The translations under genes and the position numbers were made by a program. From assembly GCA_965261735.1 (NCBI GenBank), contig OZ253470.1:4544001-4608000 (forward strand): 64,000 nucleotides of DNA, in the 5' to 3' direction. The first letter of the stretch is position 1; every line of letters begins with the position of its first letter. The DNA is from Alphaproteobacteria bacterium. GTDB lineage: Bacteria; Pseudomonadota; Alphaproteobacteria; SHVV01. The notes under the pieces were generated by a model. That model was not told the DNA's origin, made no database searches, and saw only the letters and a program-made list of their open reading frames with translations. This document shows, piece by piece, positions 42,431 through 52,887 of this stretch.

Positions 42431-43397
42431 ATGCGACGCACCCATGCCACGCTAAGCCGGCGCGCGCTCCTCGCCGCGCTGGCCGCCGCCGGGGCCGGGG
42501 CGGCAGGGGCCGCCGCTTCCTTCGGAGCTGCGCCACGGGCCGCCACCGGCGGCGCCCGTCCGATGCTCGCGAGAGCCATCCCGGCGACCGGCGAGCGGAT
42601 ACCCATCATCGGCATGGGGTCGTGGATCACGCTCAACGTCGGCAATAACAAAGCGCTCCGCGATCACCGGCTCGAGGTCGTGCGGACCTTCCTCGATCGC
42701 GGCGGCAGCGTGATCGATTCCTCACCCATGTACGGCTCGTCCGATGCCGTAATCGGCTACTGCCTGGAGCGCATCCCGGACGAGCGAGCCCTGTTTTCCG
42801 CGACCAAGGTGTGGACCTGGGGGCGAAAGCGCGGGGTTCGGCAAATGGCGGACTCGAGGCGGCTGTGGGGCATCGACCGGTTCGACCTGATGCAGATCCA
42901 CAACCTGCTCGGCTGGGAGGCTCACTTGGAGACGCTGCTCGAGCACAAAGCCCAGGGCCGGGTCCGCTATATCGGCATCACGACATCGCATGGCCGCCGC
43001 CACGAAGCCCTCGAGAAGGTGATGACGGCCGAGCCCGTCGATTTCGTGCAATTCACCTACAACATGCTCGATCGCGAGGCGGAAGAGCGCTTGCTGCCGC
43101 TTGCTGCCGCTCGCGGCCGAACGCGGTCTCGCGGTCATCATCAACCGACCCTTCCGCCGCGGGGCGCTGTTCGACCGCTTCGAGCGCCATCCGTTGCCCG
43201 AGTGGGCGGCCGAGTTCGATTGCGCGAACTGGGCCCAGTTCTTCCTCAAGTTCATCGTCTCCCACCCGGCGGTGACGTGCACTATCCCCGCGACCTCGCG
43301 CGTCGACCACATGGAGGAGAACATGGGCACCCTTTACGGCCGTCTCCCAGACCAGGACATGCGCCGCCGCATGATCCGCCACGTCGAGAGTCTGTAG
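42431..43397 (+). pseudogene. Tat-signal aldo/keto reductase, frameshifted
   Basis: SRRALL, IGMGSW, DSSPMYG, ATK and DLMQIHN motifs. 10-bp tandem duplication TTGCTGCCGC at 43091-43110. Confidence 0.85.
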
Positions 43398-43411
43398 CCT
43401 GAACGATGCGC

Positions 43412-45427
43412 CTAGCTCGAAGGCGGGAGCGTCACGAAGTCGGCGTAACGCCCCCACAGGGTGGGCGCCAGGCCGGTCGGGCCACTCAGTCCCGCCGGCA
43501 GCATGAGTTGCCGCGGCTCGTCGGCGGTCAAGATGGCGCCGGCTGGAAACCGGCAGGACAGGGCCCGACCGTCGAGCCGGCAGGGATCGGACCGGGCCGT
43601 GCCGCCGTCGGTCCAGGAGAGTTCGATCGAGCGCGCACCAGGCATGGTCACGGGAACCGAGAAATGGATGCGGATGCGGGCGCTGCCATCCGCCTCGGCG
43701 ATTGCCGGCCAATCGACATGGACGATGCGCGGCGCTTCGTCGTAGAGACCGCGCTCGAGGTGGACGTAGAACGCAGCTCGCGGCACGCCGTCCTGAAGCG
43801 CACCGATATCGGGCCGGACCGGCCCGTTCTCATCGCACGACGCCGCGCCGGACGCGCCAACGTGAACGAGGCACCCCGCGGCTTCGGCGAGCTCGGGCAT
43901 CAGCAGCGTAAAGTCGCCGGCCCACGGCCTCGCGAAAACCCGTTGCGGCCAGGCAACTGAAATACCGTCGACGCCGTAGCCTGCGGCGCGCAGATTGGCC
44001 GGAAAATCGCGATGGTTGCTGAGGTCGAAGCGGAAATCGAAGCGTGGCGGCCACGGTAGAAAGTCCTTAAAGAACGGCTTGTTGGCGTCGGTCGGCGAGC
44101 AGGCGCCGTCGATCGGATCGCCCCGCCGGCAATACTCGATGGCGTTGTTCCAGTGCGAGAACTCCCTGACCATGCCGTCCTTGGTGACGCTGGCGCGCAA
44201 ATACCAACTGTTGTTGAACACGTAGACGGGCCCGGGCAGCCCCTGCCCCGGCGGTGTGTGCTTGGGTTTGCGAAACTTGAGAACGCGACCGCCGTCGTGC
44301 AAATCGCCGCACTCCTCTGGATCGCGCCTCTTCCAGTCGCGGCAACGGACGTCGCATAGCCGGCTCGGCCGGTCGTCGAAATAGCCGGTGTTGTGGTGCA
44401 CGTAGTAGCGGCCGCCGTGGAGGCCATCGAAGGAAAACCAAGCGTGCGCGTTGTGAATCACATTGTCGTGAATCCACCAATTGGTCGCATCGAACTCCGG
44501 TTCGACTACGTTGTCGCGGATGTTGTGAAACTCGTTCTCGTAAATCTCGACGTTGGTGTTGACCTTGCCGCGCATGGCGGGGTCGGCCTCGTCGGAGACG
44601 TCCATGCGCACGGCGTTGAAGGCGAACCGCACCTTGTTGCGCCGTACGATGACGCCACCCAGAATGTCCTGGCTGGCGAAGAGAGCGCCATTGAGGTGGC
44701 GCCTCTCGCCGTACTTGAACTCGCACCAATGGTCCCTCTGCCACATCGCTCCGCTGGGATCCTGCAACCAGGTCACGCCCTCGACTAGGAAGTGGTGGGA
44801 GGTACGACCGGTCGCGAGAACCACGTATTGGCCGTCCTCGACGGTTGCGTCGCGAAGGGTGATGTGGTGGCTTTCCTCGGCATAGAGCGCGGCGTCGCGG
44901 CAACCCCTCATGGTGACGTTCTCGATAACGACGTGGCTTCGCCCCGACAGGAGAATGCAACTCGCGCTCGCGCGTAGCGGAGGGAGCACGAAGCCCTGAA
45001 ACAAGGGATGGTTGGGGTCGATCCACTCTGGCGGCTCCTCAAAGGGCCGCAGGCCAGACCCATCGATCGTCGCGCCGGCGGAAGCACCTCGCGCGGGACC
45101 ACTGATGACGACCGGATCGCCGTCCGAGCCGCTCACCTGGATATCGAGGCGATCCTGTTCGTTTGCTTGATCGTAGACCCCGTCCAGTAGCCAGATGAGC
45201 GTGCCGGGCCGAGCCCGCCCGAGGGCCTCGGCGAGCGTTGCGGCGAGGAGGGGCTGGGCCGGGTCGATCCCGAAGCGCTCGGCCGTCGAGGCATCGAGGA
45301 CCGAAGATGCGGCGGTCCCGATGGCATGGCGAGGGTCGCCGCTCGGCGCGACGACGATGAGCCGCTCTTGCGCGACCGCAACGGCCGACGCGAGACACAG
45401 GACGCAGACCAGAAGAATACGTAGCAT
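43412..45427 (-). CDS. secreted right-handed parallel beta-helix protein
   Basis: Signal peptide, ATLAEAL..PG..I.L..GVY, repeated I..N strands, and PDIGA motif. Confidence 0.75.
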   Translation of the reverse strand: MLRILLVCVLCLASAVAVAQERLIVVAPSGDPRHAIGTAASSVLDASTAERFGIDPAQPLLAATLAEALGRARPGTLIWLLDGVYDQANEQDRLDIQVSGSDGDPVVISGPARGASAGATIDGSGLRPFEEPPEWIDPNHPLFQGFVLPPLRASASCILLSGRSHVVIENVTMRGCRDAALYAEESHHITLRDATVEDGQYVVLATGRTSHHFLVEGVTWLQDPSGAMWQRDHWCEFKYGERRHLNGALFASQDILGGVIVRRNKVRFAFNAVRMDVSDEADPAMRGKVNTNVEIYENEFHNIRDNVVEPEFDATNWWIHDNVIHNAHAWFSFDGLHGGRYYVHHNTGYFDDRPSRLCDVRCRDWKRRDPEECGDLHDGGRVLKFRKPKHTPPGQGLPGPVYVFNNSWYLRASVTKDGMVREFSHWNNAIEYCRRGDPIDGACSPTDANKPFFKDFLPWPPRFDFRFDLSNHRDFPANLRAAGYGVDGISVAWPQRVFARPWAGDFTLLMPELAEAAGCLVHVGASGAASCDENGPVRPDIGALQDGVPRAAFYVHLERGLYDEAPRIVHVDWPAIAEADGSARIRIHFSVPVTMPGARSIELSWTDGGTARSDPCRLDGRALSCRFPAGAILTADEPRQLMLPAGLSGPTGLAPTLWGRYADFVTLPPSS

Positions 45428-45626
45428 GCGCGGGCGAGGCTCGATGGGCGCTGCGTGCGTGGTAATCGGGCGCCCTATTGTAGTAGCGGTACGCGGATCG
45501 TCGCAAAGCGTCAGATTGCGGGAGTCAGACGGACATCTCGGGCCCAGAGGTCTGCCTCGATGGCGCCTTGTTTTGCGTGTTCTTTCGCGCGCTGGCCTAT
45601 ACTTCGGCGCCAGGGAGGAATGCGAC

Positions 45627-47705
45627 TTGGCCTATCGGGTGACGGTCGATACCGGGGGCACGTTCACCGACGTGGTGATCGCCGACGGCGCTGGGCGACT
45701 GGTGGTCGGCAAGGCGCCGACCACGCCGGCGCGCATCTTCGAGGGCATGCGTGCGGCGATCGACGCCACCGCCGGCGAGCTCGGCCTCGGCCTCGGAGCG
45801 CTGCTCGCCGACACCGAAATCCTGATCTACGGCACCACCAGGGCAACCAACGCGATCGTCGAGAAGACCGTGGCCAAAACCGCGCTGCTGCTGACCGAGG
45901 GATTCCCCAACATCCTGGTAGTGCGTGAGGGCGGCAGGGAGGACGCCTTCGACTTCACGCAGGAGTTCCCCGACCCTTATGTCCCACAGCACAACACCTT
46001 CGAGGTGCCCGAAAGGATCGACGCCGAAGGCGGCGTCGTTACGCCGATCGACCGCGCCGCCGTGCGCGCGATCATCGAGCGCATCCGCGACCGCGGGTTC
46101 GAGGCGGTGGCCGTGTGCCTGCTGTGGTCGATCGCCAACTCCGAGCACGAGCTGGCCGTGGCCGGGCTACTCGACGAGATCGTGCCCGGCGTGCCCTACA
46201 CTTTGTCGCACCGGCTGCTGCCGGTGCTGCGCGAGTACCGCCGCGCCTCGGCGACCGCGATCGACGCTTCGCTCAAGCCGCTGATGCGCGACCACCTGCA
46301 CACCATGGAGGCGGACCTGCGTGCCGCCGGCTACAGCGGCGAAATCCTGATCAGCACCTCGGTCGGCGGCTGCATGAACCTGGCCGAGCTGGCCGAGCGG
46401 CCAATCCACTCGGTGCGCTCGGGCCCGGCGATGGCCCCGGTCGCCGGGCGCACCTACGCGGCGCGCGAGAACGCCGGCAGCGACGTCATCGTGTGCGACA
46501 CCGGCGGCACGACGTTCGACGTCGGCCTGGTGCACGGCGGTGAGCTCAAACACACTCGTGAGACCTGGATCGGCGGGCGCTGGCGCGGCCACATCCTGGG
46601 CGTGTCGGCGGTCGACGTGCGCAGCGTCGGGGCCGGCGGCGGCTCGATCGCGTGGATCGATCCCGGCGGGCTGCTGCAGATCGGCCCGCACAGCGCCGGC
46701 GCCGATCCTGGCCCGGCGTGCTACGGCCAGGGCGGCAGCGCGCCGACGGTGACCGACGCGGCGGCGGTACTGGGCTATATCGACCCCGACTATTTCCTCG
46801 GCGGGCGCATGGCGCTGGACATCGACGCGGCACACCGCGCGATCGAAACGGTCGCCGGCCCGCTCGCGATCTCCATCGAGGATGCCGCGTTCGCGGTCAA
46901 CACCCTCGCGGGCGAGCTGATGATCAAGGCGATCCAGGACATCACCGTCGCCGAGGGGTTCGATCCGCGCGAGAGCGCCCTGGTCGCGGGCGGCGGCGCG
47001 GCCGGACTCAACATCATGCCGATTGCCCGCGAGCTCGGCTGCGCCCGGGTGGTGCTGCCGCAAACGGCGAGCGCGCTGAGCGCCTGCGGCATGCAGTTCG
47101 CCGACATCGTCTCCGAGCATTCGGCGAGCGTGGTGACAGCCTCGGGCGATTTCGACTTCGAACGCGTCAATGCAGCGCTGCAGGGCATCGAAGACGAGCT
47201 CGGCCGCTTCGCCGCCAGCCTCGGCGCCGAGGCGGCGGCGCGCGCGTTCACGAGCTTCACGGTCGAGGGACGCTATCGCTTCCAGGTCTGGGAGCTGGAG
47301 GTGCCCCTGCCGGTCGAGCGCTTCCGCAGCGATGCCGATGTAGCGGCGCTGGTCGAGGCGTTCCACACTACGCACGAACGCCTCTATGCCGTGCGCGATG
47401 TCGGCGGCGAGCTCGAATGCCTGAACTGGAGGGGCCAGGTCAGCATCGACCTCGGCGGGGCGGACGGCGCGGCGGCAGCGGCAGCGACCGAGACCACGGC
47501 AACGCCGGTGGGCGAACGTACCGCCTATTTCGGCGACCAGGCGGTGGCGACGCCGATCTTCCGCGGTCCCGAGCTCGTCGGCGGGGCCGCGCTGGCCGGC
47601 CCGGCTATCGTCGAGGAGCCAACCACGACGCTGGTTGTGTATCCTGGCATGCGCGCGCGCAAGAGCGGCGCAGCCAACTATCTGCTCGAGGTGGGGGCGG
47701 CATGA
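45627..47705 (+). CDS. hydantoinase A / oxoprolinase ATP-binding subunit
   Basis: DTGGTFTD, GTTRATNA, SGPA, DTGGTTFD and GAGGGSIA motifs; TTG start with an RBS. Confidence 0.93.
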   Translation: MAYRVTVDTGGTFTDVVIADGAGRLVVGKAPTTPARIFEGMRAAIDATAGELGLGLGALLADTEILIYGTTRATNAIVEKTVAKTALLLTEGFPNILVVREGGREDAFDFTQEFPDPYVPQHNTFEVPERIDAEGGVVTPIDRAAVRAIIERIRDRGFEAVAVCLLWSIANSEHELAVAGLLDEIVPGVPYTLSHRLLPVLREYRRASATAIDASLKPLMRDHLHTMEADLRAAGYSGEILISTSVGGCMNLAELAERPIHSVRSGPAMAPVAGRTYAARENAGSDVIVCDTGGTTFDVGLVHGGELKHTRETWIGGRWRGHILGVSAVDVRSVGAGGGSIAWIDPGGLLQIGPHSAGADPGPACYGQGGSAPTVTDAAAVLGYIDPDYFLGGRMALDIDAAHRAIETVAGPLAISIEDAAFAVNTLAGELMIKAIQDITVAEGFDPRESALVAGGGAAGLNIMPIARELGCARVVLPQTASALSACGMQFADIVSEHSASVVTASGDFDFERVNAALQGIEDELGRFAASLGAEAAARAFTSFTVEGRYRFQVWELEVPLPVERFRSDADVAALVEAFHTTHERLYAVRDVGGELECLNWRGQVSIDLGGADGAAAAAATETTATPVGERTAYFGDQAVATPIFRGPELVGGAALAGPAIVEEPTTTLVVYPGMRARKSGAANYLLEVGAA

Positions 47706-49546
47706 GCGAACAGGACCGGACGCTCGACCCGCTGACGGTGTCGGTGGTCGCGAACCGCGTCGATGCGATCGTGCGCGAGATGTCCAACACCCTGCTGCGC
47801 AGCAGCCGCTCGACGGTGATCGCCAGCGTGCGCGATTTCTCGTGCACGATCGTCACCGCCGACAACCGGCTGCTGAGCGCGACCGACGGCATTCCCGCAC
47901 ACGTGTTCGGGTCCGACATCCAGACCCGGTCGATGTGCGACCTGCACGACGACCTCGCCGAAGGCGATGCGTTCCTGCACAACGATCCCTATCTCGGCAA
48001 TACCCACGCCGCCGATCTGACGATCCTGATCCCGGTGTTCGTCGTCGGCGAGCATGTGTTCACGACCTGCGCCAAGGCGCATCAGGCCGACATCGGCAAC
48101 TCGGTGCCGTCGACCTATCACGCCTCGGCCAAGGACGTATACGAGGAAGGCGCGCTGATCTTTCCTTGTGTGCGGGTGCAGCGCGACTTCGAGATGATCG
48201 ACGACATTATCCGCATGTGCCGGGCGCGGATCCGCGTTCCCGGCCAATGGCATGGCGACTTCCTGGCGACGCTGGGCTCGGCGCGGATCGGCGAACGGCG
48301 GCTCAAGGAACTGTGCGCCAAATATGGCGTTGCCACGATCAAGGCGTTCATCGAGCAGTGGCTGGATTATTCCGAGCGGCGCATGGAACAGGCGATCCGC
48401 AAGCTGCCCAAGGCGCACCTCGTGGCCAGCGGCATGCACGACCCGGTGCCGCCGCTACTGCCCGACGGCATCCCGGTCAACGTCGCCATCGATATCGACC
48501 CGGACCAGGGCAACATCGACGTCGACCTGCGCGACAACATCGACAACGTTCCCTGCGGACTCAACCAGTCCGAGGCGTGCGTACGCAACAACACGCTGAT
48601 CGGTATCCTCAACGGTCTCGAGCCGGAGCCGGGGATTCCGCGCAACGCCGGCTCGTTCCGGCGCATTCGCATCCATATTCGCGAAGGCTGCGCCATCGGC
48701 AAGCCGAAGTTCCCCCACTCCTGCTCGATGGCGACCTCCAACATCGGCGAACGTCTGGCCAACATCATCCAGGCCGCCTTCGCCACGCTCGGCGACGGCC
48801 GCGGCCTGGCCCACGGCGCCACCGGCATGAGCGCGGTGGTATCGGGGCCCGATTACCGCCACGGCGGCAAGCCGTTCATCAACCAGCTCGCGCTCAACGT
48901 CATCGGCGGACCGGCCGGACCGCGGGCCGACGGCTGGGTGACTTTTGGCATTCCCGGCGGTGCCGGCATGGTCTACCGAGAGAGCGTCGAGCTGATCGAG
49001 GTGACGCACCCGATCCTGGTCGAGTGCCAGCGCCTGCAGCCGGGTTCGGGCGGCGCCGGACGCCGCCACGGCGCTCCGTCGGCGGAGGTGATCTACGGGC
49101 CGCGGCGAGACCCGATCACGCTGGTCATCGCTTGCGACAACCAGGTGTATCCGGCGCTAGGCGTGCGCGGCGGCAGCGCTGGCCAGGCCGCGTCGCACTA
49201 CCGCATCCGCGCCAATGGCGAGGCCGAGAGGATGCCCAGCATCACCCAATTCGACCTGGCGTTCGGCGAAAAGGCGCGGTTCCTCAATGCCACCGGCGGC
49301 GGCTACGGCGACCCGCTCATGCGCGAGCCCGAGCGGGTGCTGGACGACGTGCTGCGCCAATGGGAGACACTCGCGCGTGCGCACGAGACCTACGGCGTGG
49401 TGCTGACCGGCTCGGCCGAGGACGAGACCCTGGCGGTCGACGAAGCCGCGACGCGCGCGCTGCGGGCGGAGCGACAGGCCACGCCCGAGGAGATTGCCGC
49501 CAGAGACGCCGCTCGGGTCGAAATCGGAAGCGGTGAACGCCTGTAG
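47702..49546 (+). CDS. hydantoinase B / oxoprolinase subunit
   Basis: RDFSC, NDPYLGNTHAAD, HQADIG and GGGYGDP motifs. Confidence 0.93.
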   Translation: MSEQDRTLDPLTVSVVANRVDAIVREMSNTLLRSSRSTVIASVRDFSCTIVTADNRLLSATDGIPAHVFGSDIQTRSMCDLHDDLAEGDAFLHNDPYLGNTHAADLTILIPVFVVGEHVFTTCAKAHQADIGNSVPSTYHASAKDVYEEGALIFPCVRVQRDFEMIDDIIRMCRARIRVPGQWHGDFLATLGSARIGERRLKELCAKYGVATIKAFIEQWLDYSERRMEQAIRKLPKAHLVASGMHDPVPPLLPDGIPVNVAIDIDPDQGNIDVDLRDNIDNVPCGLNQSEACVRNNTLIGILNGLEPEPGIPRNAGSFRRIRIHIREGCAIGKPKFPHSCSMATSNIGERLANIIQAAFATLGDGRGLAHGATGMSAVVSGPDYRHGGKPFINQLALNVIGGPAGPRADGWVTFGIPGGAGMVYRESVELIEVTHPILVECQRLQPGSGGAGRRHGAPSAEVIYGPRRDPITLVIACDNQVYPALGVRGGSAGQAASHYRIRANGEAERMPSITQFDLAFGEKARFLNATGGGYGDPLMREPERVLDDVLRQWETLARAHETYGVVLTGSAEDETLAVDEAATRALRAERQATPEEIAARDAARVEIGSGERL

Positions 49547-49754
49547 AGGGTCGCCCATCGCGGAATAGGCCTGCACAGAACGAGCAGGGGAGATATCGAG
49601 CGTCAAAGTGAAAGACTGGTCGACGCGATCGCAGAAGGCGCGGTCTCAGCCTTGGCGCGGTCGGCGACAAGCTCAGGTCTCTCGAAGCTAGTTGGTCGCT
49701 CTCGGTCCGATCACTGAAGAGCCAGACCTGGCGTTCGAATGGCGCGCCAACCGC

Positions 49755-50350
49755 CGCCAAAATCCACAAACAGAAGGTCGCCGATCTGCCGCCGGCGCTT
49801 CCCGCCGACGACATCGCCCGTGAACAAGCTATGTCCGCGCTGCGCGGCCTCGTCGAGAAGATCGTCGCCCTACCCGCCGAAGCCCGTGGGAGAGCCGTTC
49901 CACTTTGAAAACCGCCCTGGCGTCCTGCGCTGCTTAGGGGGCATTGCGGTGAGTTCGGCATGGTCGTCGCGCAAGGCGCGTCGAAGGTCACGATCCTCAT
50001 CGAGATGATCGAAGACCGCGACGACGCGCGTTTGCCGGCGCTGGCGCGTGAGGCCCTGGGGTCGCTGGTCGAGCAGCTGAGGATGGCCCAGACACAGATC
50101 CTCGATCTTGAGAAGCAACTGAAGGCCTGGCATCGCACCAATGAGGCAAGCCGGCGGCTTGAGGCGATCCCGGGTGTCGGGGTGATCACCGCCACCGCCT
50201 CAAGGAGATACATGACGCTGGAATCCATCGCTCCGCTGAGCGATGGTGTCCCCATCACGCTGCCCACCGTGGCAGCCTGAACGTCCCGGCCCTACCCGCC
50301 GGGAGCCGCGTAGAGCGCAACGCTCTTACACCACTCCGCGGGACACGATC
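49755..50350 (+). mobile_element. mosaic of mobile-element fragments (recombinase-like tail, IS1595, IS110, IS256 right end)
   Basis: 49888-49933 matches the IS1595 interior. 49934-50198 reads LRGHCGEFG..IPGVG.ITA (IS110). 50199-50350 matches the IS256 3' end and IR. Confidence 0.8.
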
Positions 50351-50456
50351 GCCGCGCGGCCGCGGGGTTTCCGCCCTCTCTGAAACCGACCATACTGGAA
50401 GCCAATTGGGCGGTGGTCCGCAGTGCGGATCGCCAGCGGGCCGGTTGGGGGGCGGG

Positions 50457-51572
50457 ATGGCAGGAGTCCAGATCTGTGGTGTCCGCAAGGTTTATGCGAG
50501 CACCGAAGCAATCCGCGGAGTCGACATCACCATGGAGGACGGCTCGTTCGTCGTTCTCGTTGGGCCATCGGGATGCGGCAAGTCAACCCTTCTGCGCATG
50601 ATTGCCGGCCTCGAGGATGTCAGCGCGGGCGAGATACGGATCGGCAATCGCGTCGTCAACGACGTGCCGCCGAAGGAGCGCGACATCGCCATGGTATTCC
50701 AGAGCTACGCGCTCTACCCGCACATGAGGGTTTACGACAACATGGCGTTCGGCCTAAGGCTGCGGGGCGTAGCAGGCGCCGAGATCGCGCGCCGCGTCGA
50801 GCGCGCTGCTGGCATTCTCGGTCTTTCCGAGCTGCTCGAGCGCTACCCCCGGGAGCTGTCCGGAGGCCAGCGCCAGCGCGTGGCCATGGGCCGCGCGATC
50901 GTGCGCGATCCGCAGGTCTTCCTGTTCGACGAACCACTCAGCAACCTCGATGCCAAGCTGCGTGCGCAGATGCGCACCGAGATCAAAGAGCTGCATCAAC
51001 GCCTCGGCACGACGTCGATCTACGTCACCCATGACCAGGTCGAGGCCATGACGATGGGCCAGAAGGTCGTCGTCCTGCGCGACGGCGCGGTGGCCCAGAT
51101 CGGCGAGCCGCTGGAGGTCTACGACCGCCCTGCCAACCTTTTCGTGGCCGGCTTCATCGGTTCTCCAGGCATGAACCTCGTCGAGGGCCGGGTGCGCGCC
51201 AACGGGCAGCCCGCCGCCGTCGTGGCGAGCGACGGCACCGCCTTTCCGCTACCGGCGGCAACGGCGGTGGCCGATGGCACCCGAGTCGTCTACGGCATTC
51301 GCCCCGAGCACCTGACGCTGGAACCGGACGGCGGCCTTGATGCTACCGTCCGGGTCGTCGAGCCCACGGGCATGGAGGAGTTGGTCGTTTGCACGATCGC
51401 CCGTCAGGATTTCAAGGCGGTCTTTCGCGAACGGTACGGGTTTCGCGCGGGAACGACGATCCGGCTCAGCCCCCGGATGTCCCACATCCATCTCTTCGAC
51501 GCCACCAGTGGGGCGCGCATCGCCGGCGACCGGCCCCAGCGCGGCACAGTCGACAACGGGAGGGCATCATGA
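50457..51572 (+). CDS. sugar ABC transporter ATPase (MalK/UgpC-like)
   Basis: GPSGCGKS, LSGGQRQR and DEPLSNLD motifs. Confidence 0.95.
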   Translation: MAGVQICGVRKVYASTEAIRGVDITMEDGSFVVLVGPSGCGKSTLLRMIAGLEDVSAGEIRIGNRVVNDVPPKERDIAMVFQSYALYPHMRVYDNMAFGLRLRGVAGAEIARRVERAAGILGLSELLERYPRELSGGQRQRVAMGRAIVRDPQVFLFDEPLSNLDAKLRAQMRTEIKELHQRLGTTSIYVTHDQVEAMTMGQKVVVLRDGAVAQIGEPLEVYDRPANLFVAGFIGSPGMNLVEGRVRANGQPAAVVASDGTAFPLPAATAVADGTRVVYGIRPEHLTLEPDGGLDATVRVVEPTGMEELVVCTIARQDFKAVFRERYGFRAGTTIRLSPRMSHIHLFDATSGARIAGDRPQRGTVDNGRAS

Positions 51573-52858
51573 CAGGGAAGGTGATCCGTGGCAGCCGTCT
51601 GGCCGCCGTGGCCGCGGTGGTCATCGGCGCCGCGTCGGCGGCACAAGCGCAGCAGGTGGTTTCGGTCCTGACCACGTTCGGCGGCGCCGAGCTCGACGCC
51701 TACCGCATCGTCACGGATCGCTTCACCGATCTCACCGGCCACGTCGTGACCATCGAGAGCACACGAGATTCGATCAACGTGTTGCGCATCCGCGTCGCGA
51801 GCGGCGGCCCGCCCGATCTTGCGCTCATCGCTCAACCCGGTGTCGTGGCCGAGTACGCCCGTGCCGGCCACCTGGTGCCGCTCGTCAAGGTGGACGGCAG
51901 CCCCGGGCTCCTCTCCGCCGGCGTCCTGACCAATAACTACAATCCCGGGATCGTCGACCTCGGCAGGGTGGACGGCGCGGTTTACGGAATCCTCGCCAAG
52001 GCCAACTCGAAGACCACCGTTTGGTACAAGCCTGCTTCATTCCGGGCGCACGGGATCGAGCCGCCGCGCACGTGGGACGAGATGCTGGCCGTCCAGGACG
52101 ATTACGCCCGCGCGGGGAAGACACCGTGGAGCATCGGCGGATCGGACGCGTGGACGCTGACCGATTGGTTTGAGAACATCTACGTACGCATCGCCGGACC
52201 CGAAATGTACCGCAAACTGTTCGTGACCCACGAGGTGCCGTGGACCGACCCTTCGGTCGTCGCCGCGATGAGCGCCTTCCGCCGGATCATCGATCCCCCT
52301 TCGAACCTGGCGGGGGGCGTTGACGGAACCCTCTCCACCGGCTTCATCTCGGCGGCGAACATCGTCTTTCGGCCCAACAACGCCGGCGCGAAGATGTACT
52401 ATGAAGGCGGCTTCATGGGCGGAATCATCGCCAAGAACTTCCCGTCGCTAAAGCCGGTCGAGGACTTCAACGCCTTCCTGTTCCCACAGATCGACGAGCG
52501 CTGGGGTGCCCCGGTGGTCGGCGGCGGCGACCTTCTGGTCGCGTTCGCCGACCGGCCCGAGGTCGCCGAGTTCCTCCACTTTTCGGCTGGCGCCGAGGCC
52601 AACACCCTTTGGGCGGAAACCGGTTTCATCGTCTCGCCTAACAAGAACGTCGATCTTGCGGTCTACAGCCCGCTCGGCAGGATCGACGCGGCCCAGGTCG
52701 CGAATGCCAAGATCTTCGTCTTCGACGGCTCCGATCTCGCGCCTACGGCGCTGGGAAGCGACGCGTTGTTCGTCGGGCTCCAGGACTTCGTTGCCGAGCC
52801 TGAGCGGCTGATGGACGTGCTCGCCGAGCTCGAAAAGATCGCGGCGCGGACGTACTAG
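51569..52858 (+). CDS. ABC substrate-binding protein (alpha-glucoside AglE-like)
   Basis: Signal peptide, PPDLA...QPG, K..VWY, W..TDWFE and FDGSDL.P motifs. Confidence 0.85.
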   Translation: MTGKVIRGSRLAAVAAVVIGAASAAQAQQVVSVLTTFGGAELDAYRIVTDRFTDLTGHVVTIESTRDSINVLRIRVASGGPPDLALIAQPGVVAEYARAGHLVPLVKVDGSPGLLSAGVLTNNYNPGIVDLGRVDGAVYGILAKANSKTTVWYKPASFRAHGIEPPRTWDEMLAVQDDYARAGKTPWSIGGSDAWTLTDWFENIYVRIAGPEMYRKLFVTHEVPWTDPSVVAAMSAFRRIIDPPSNLAGGVDGTLSTGFISAANIVFRPNNAGAKMYYEGGFMGGIIAKNFPSLKPVEDFNAFLFPQIDERWGAPVVGGGDLLVAFADRPEVAEFLHFSAGAEANTLWAETGFIVSPNKNVDLAVYSPLGRIDAAQVANAKIFVFDGSDLAPTALGSDALFVGLQDFVAEPERLMDVLAELEKIAARTY

Positions 52859-52887
52859 GGGCACCGGGCGCCGGGACAAGGAGGGCC

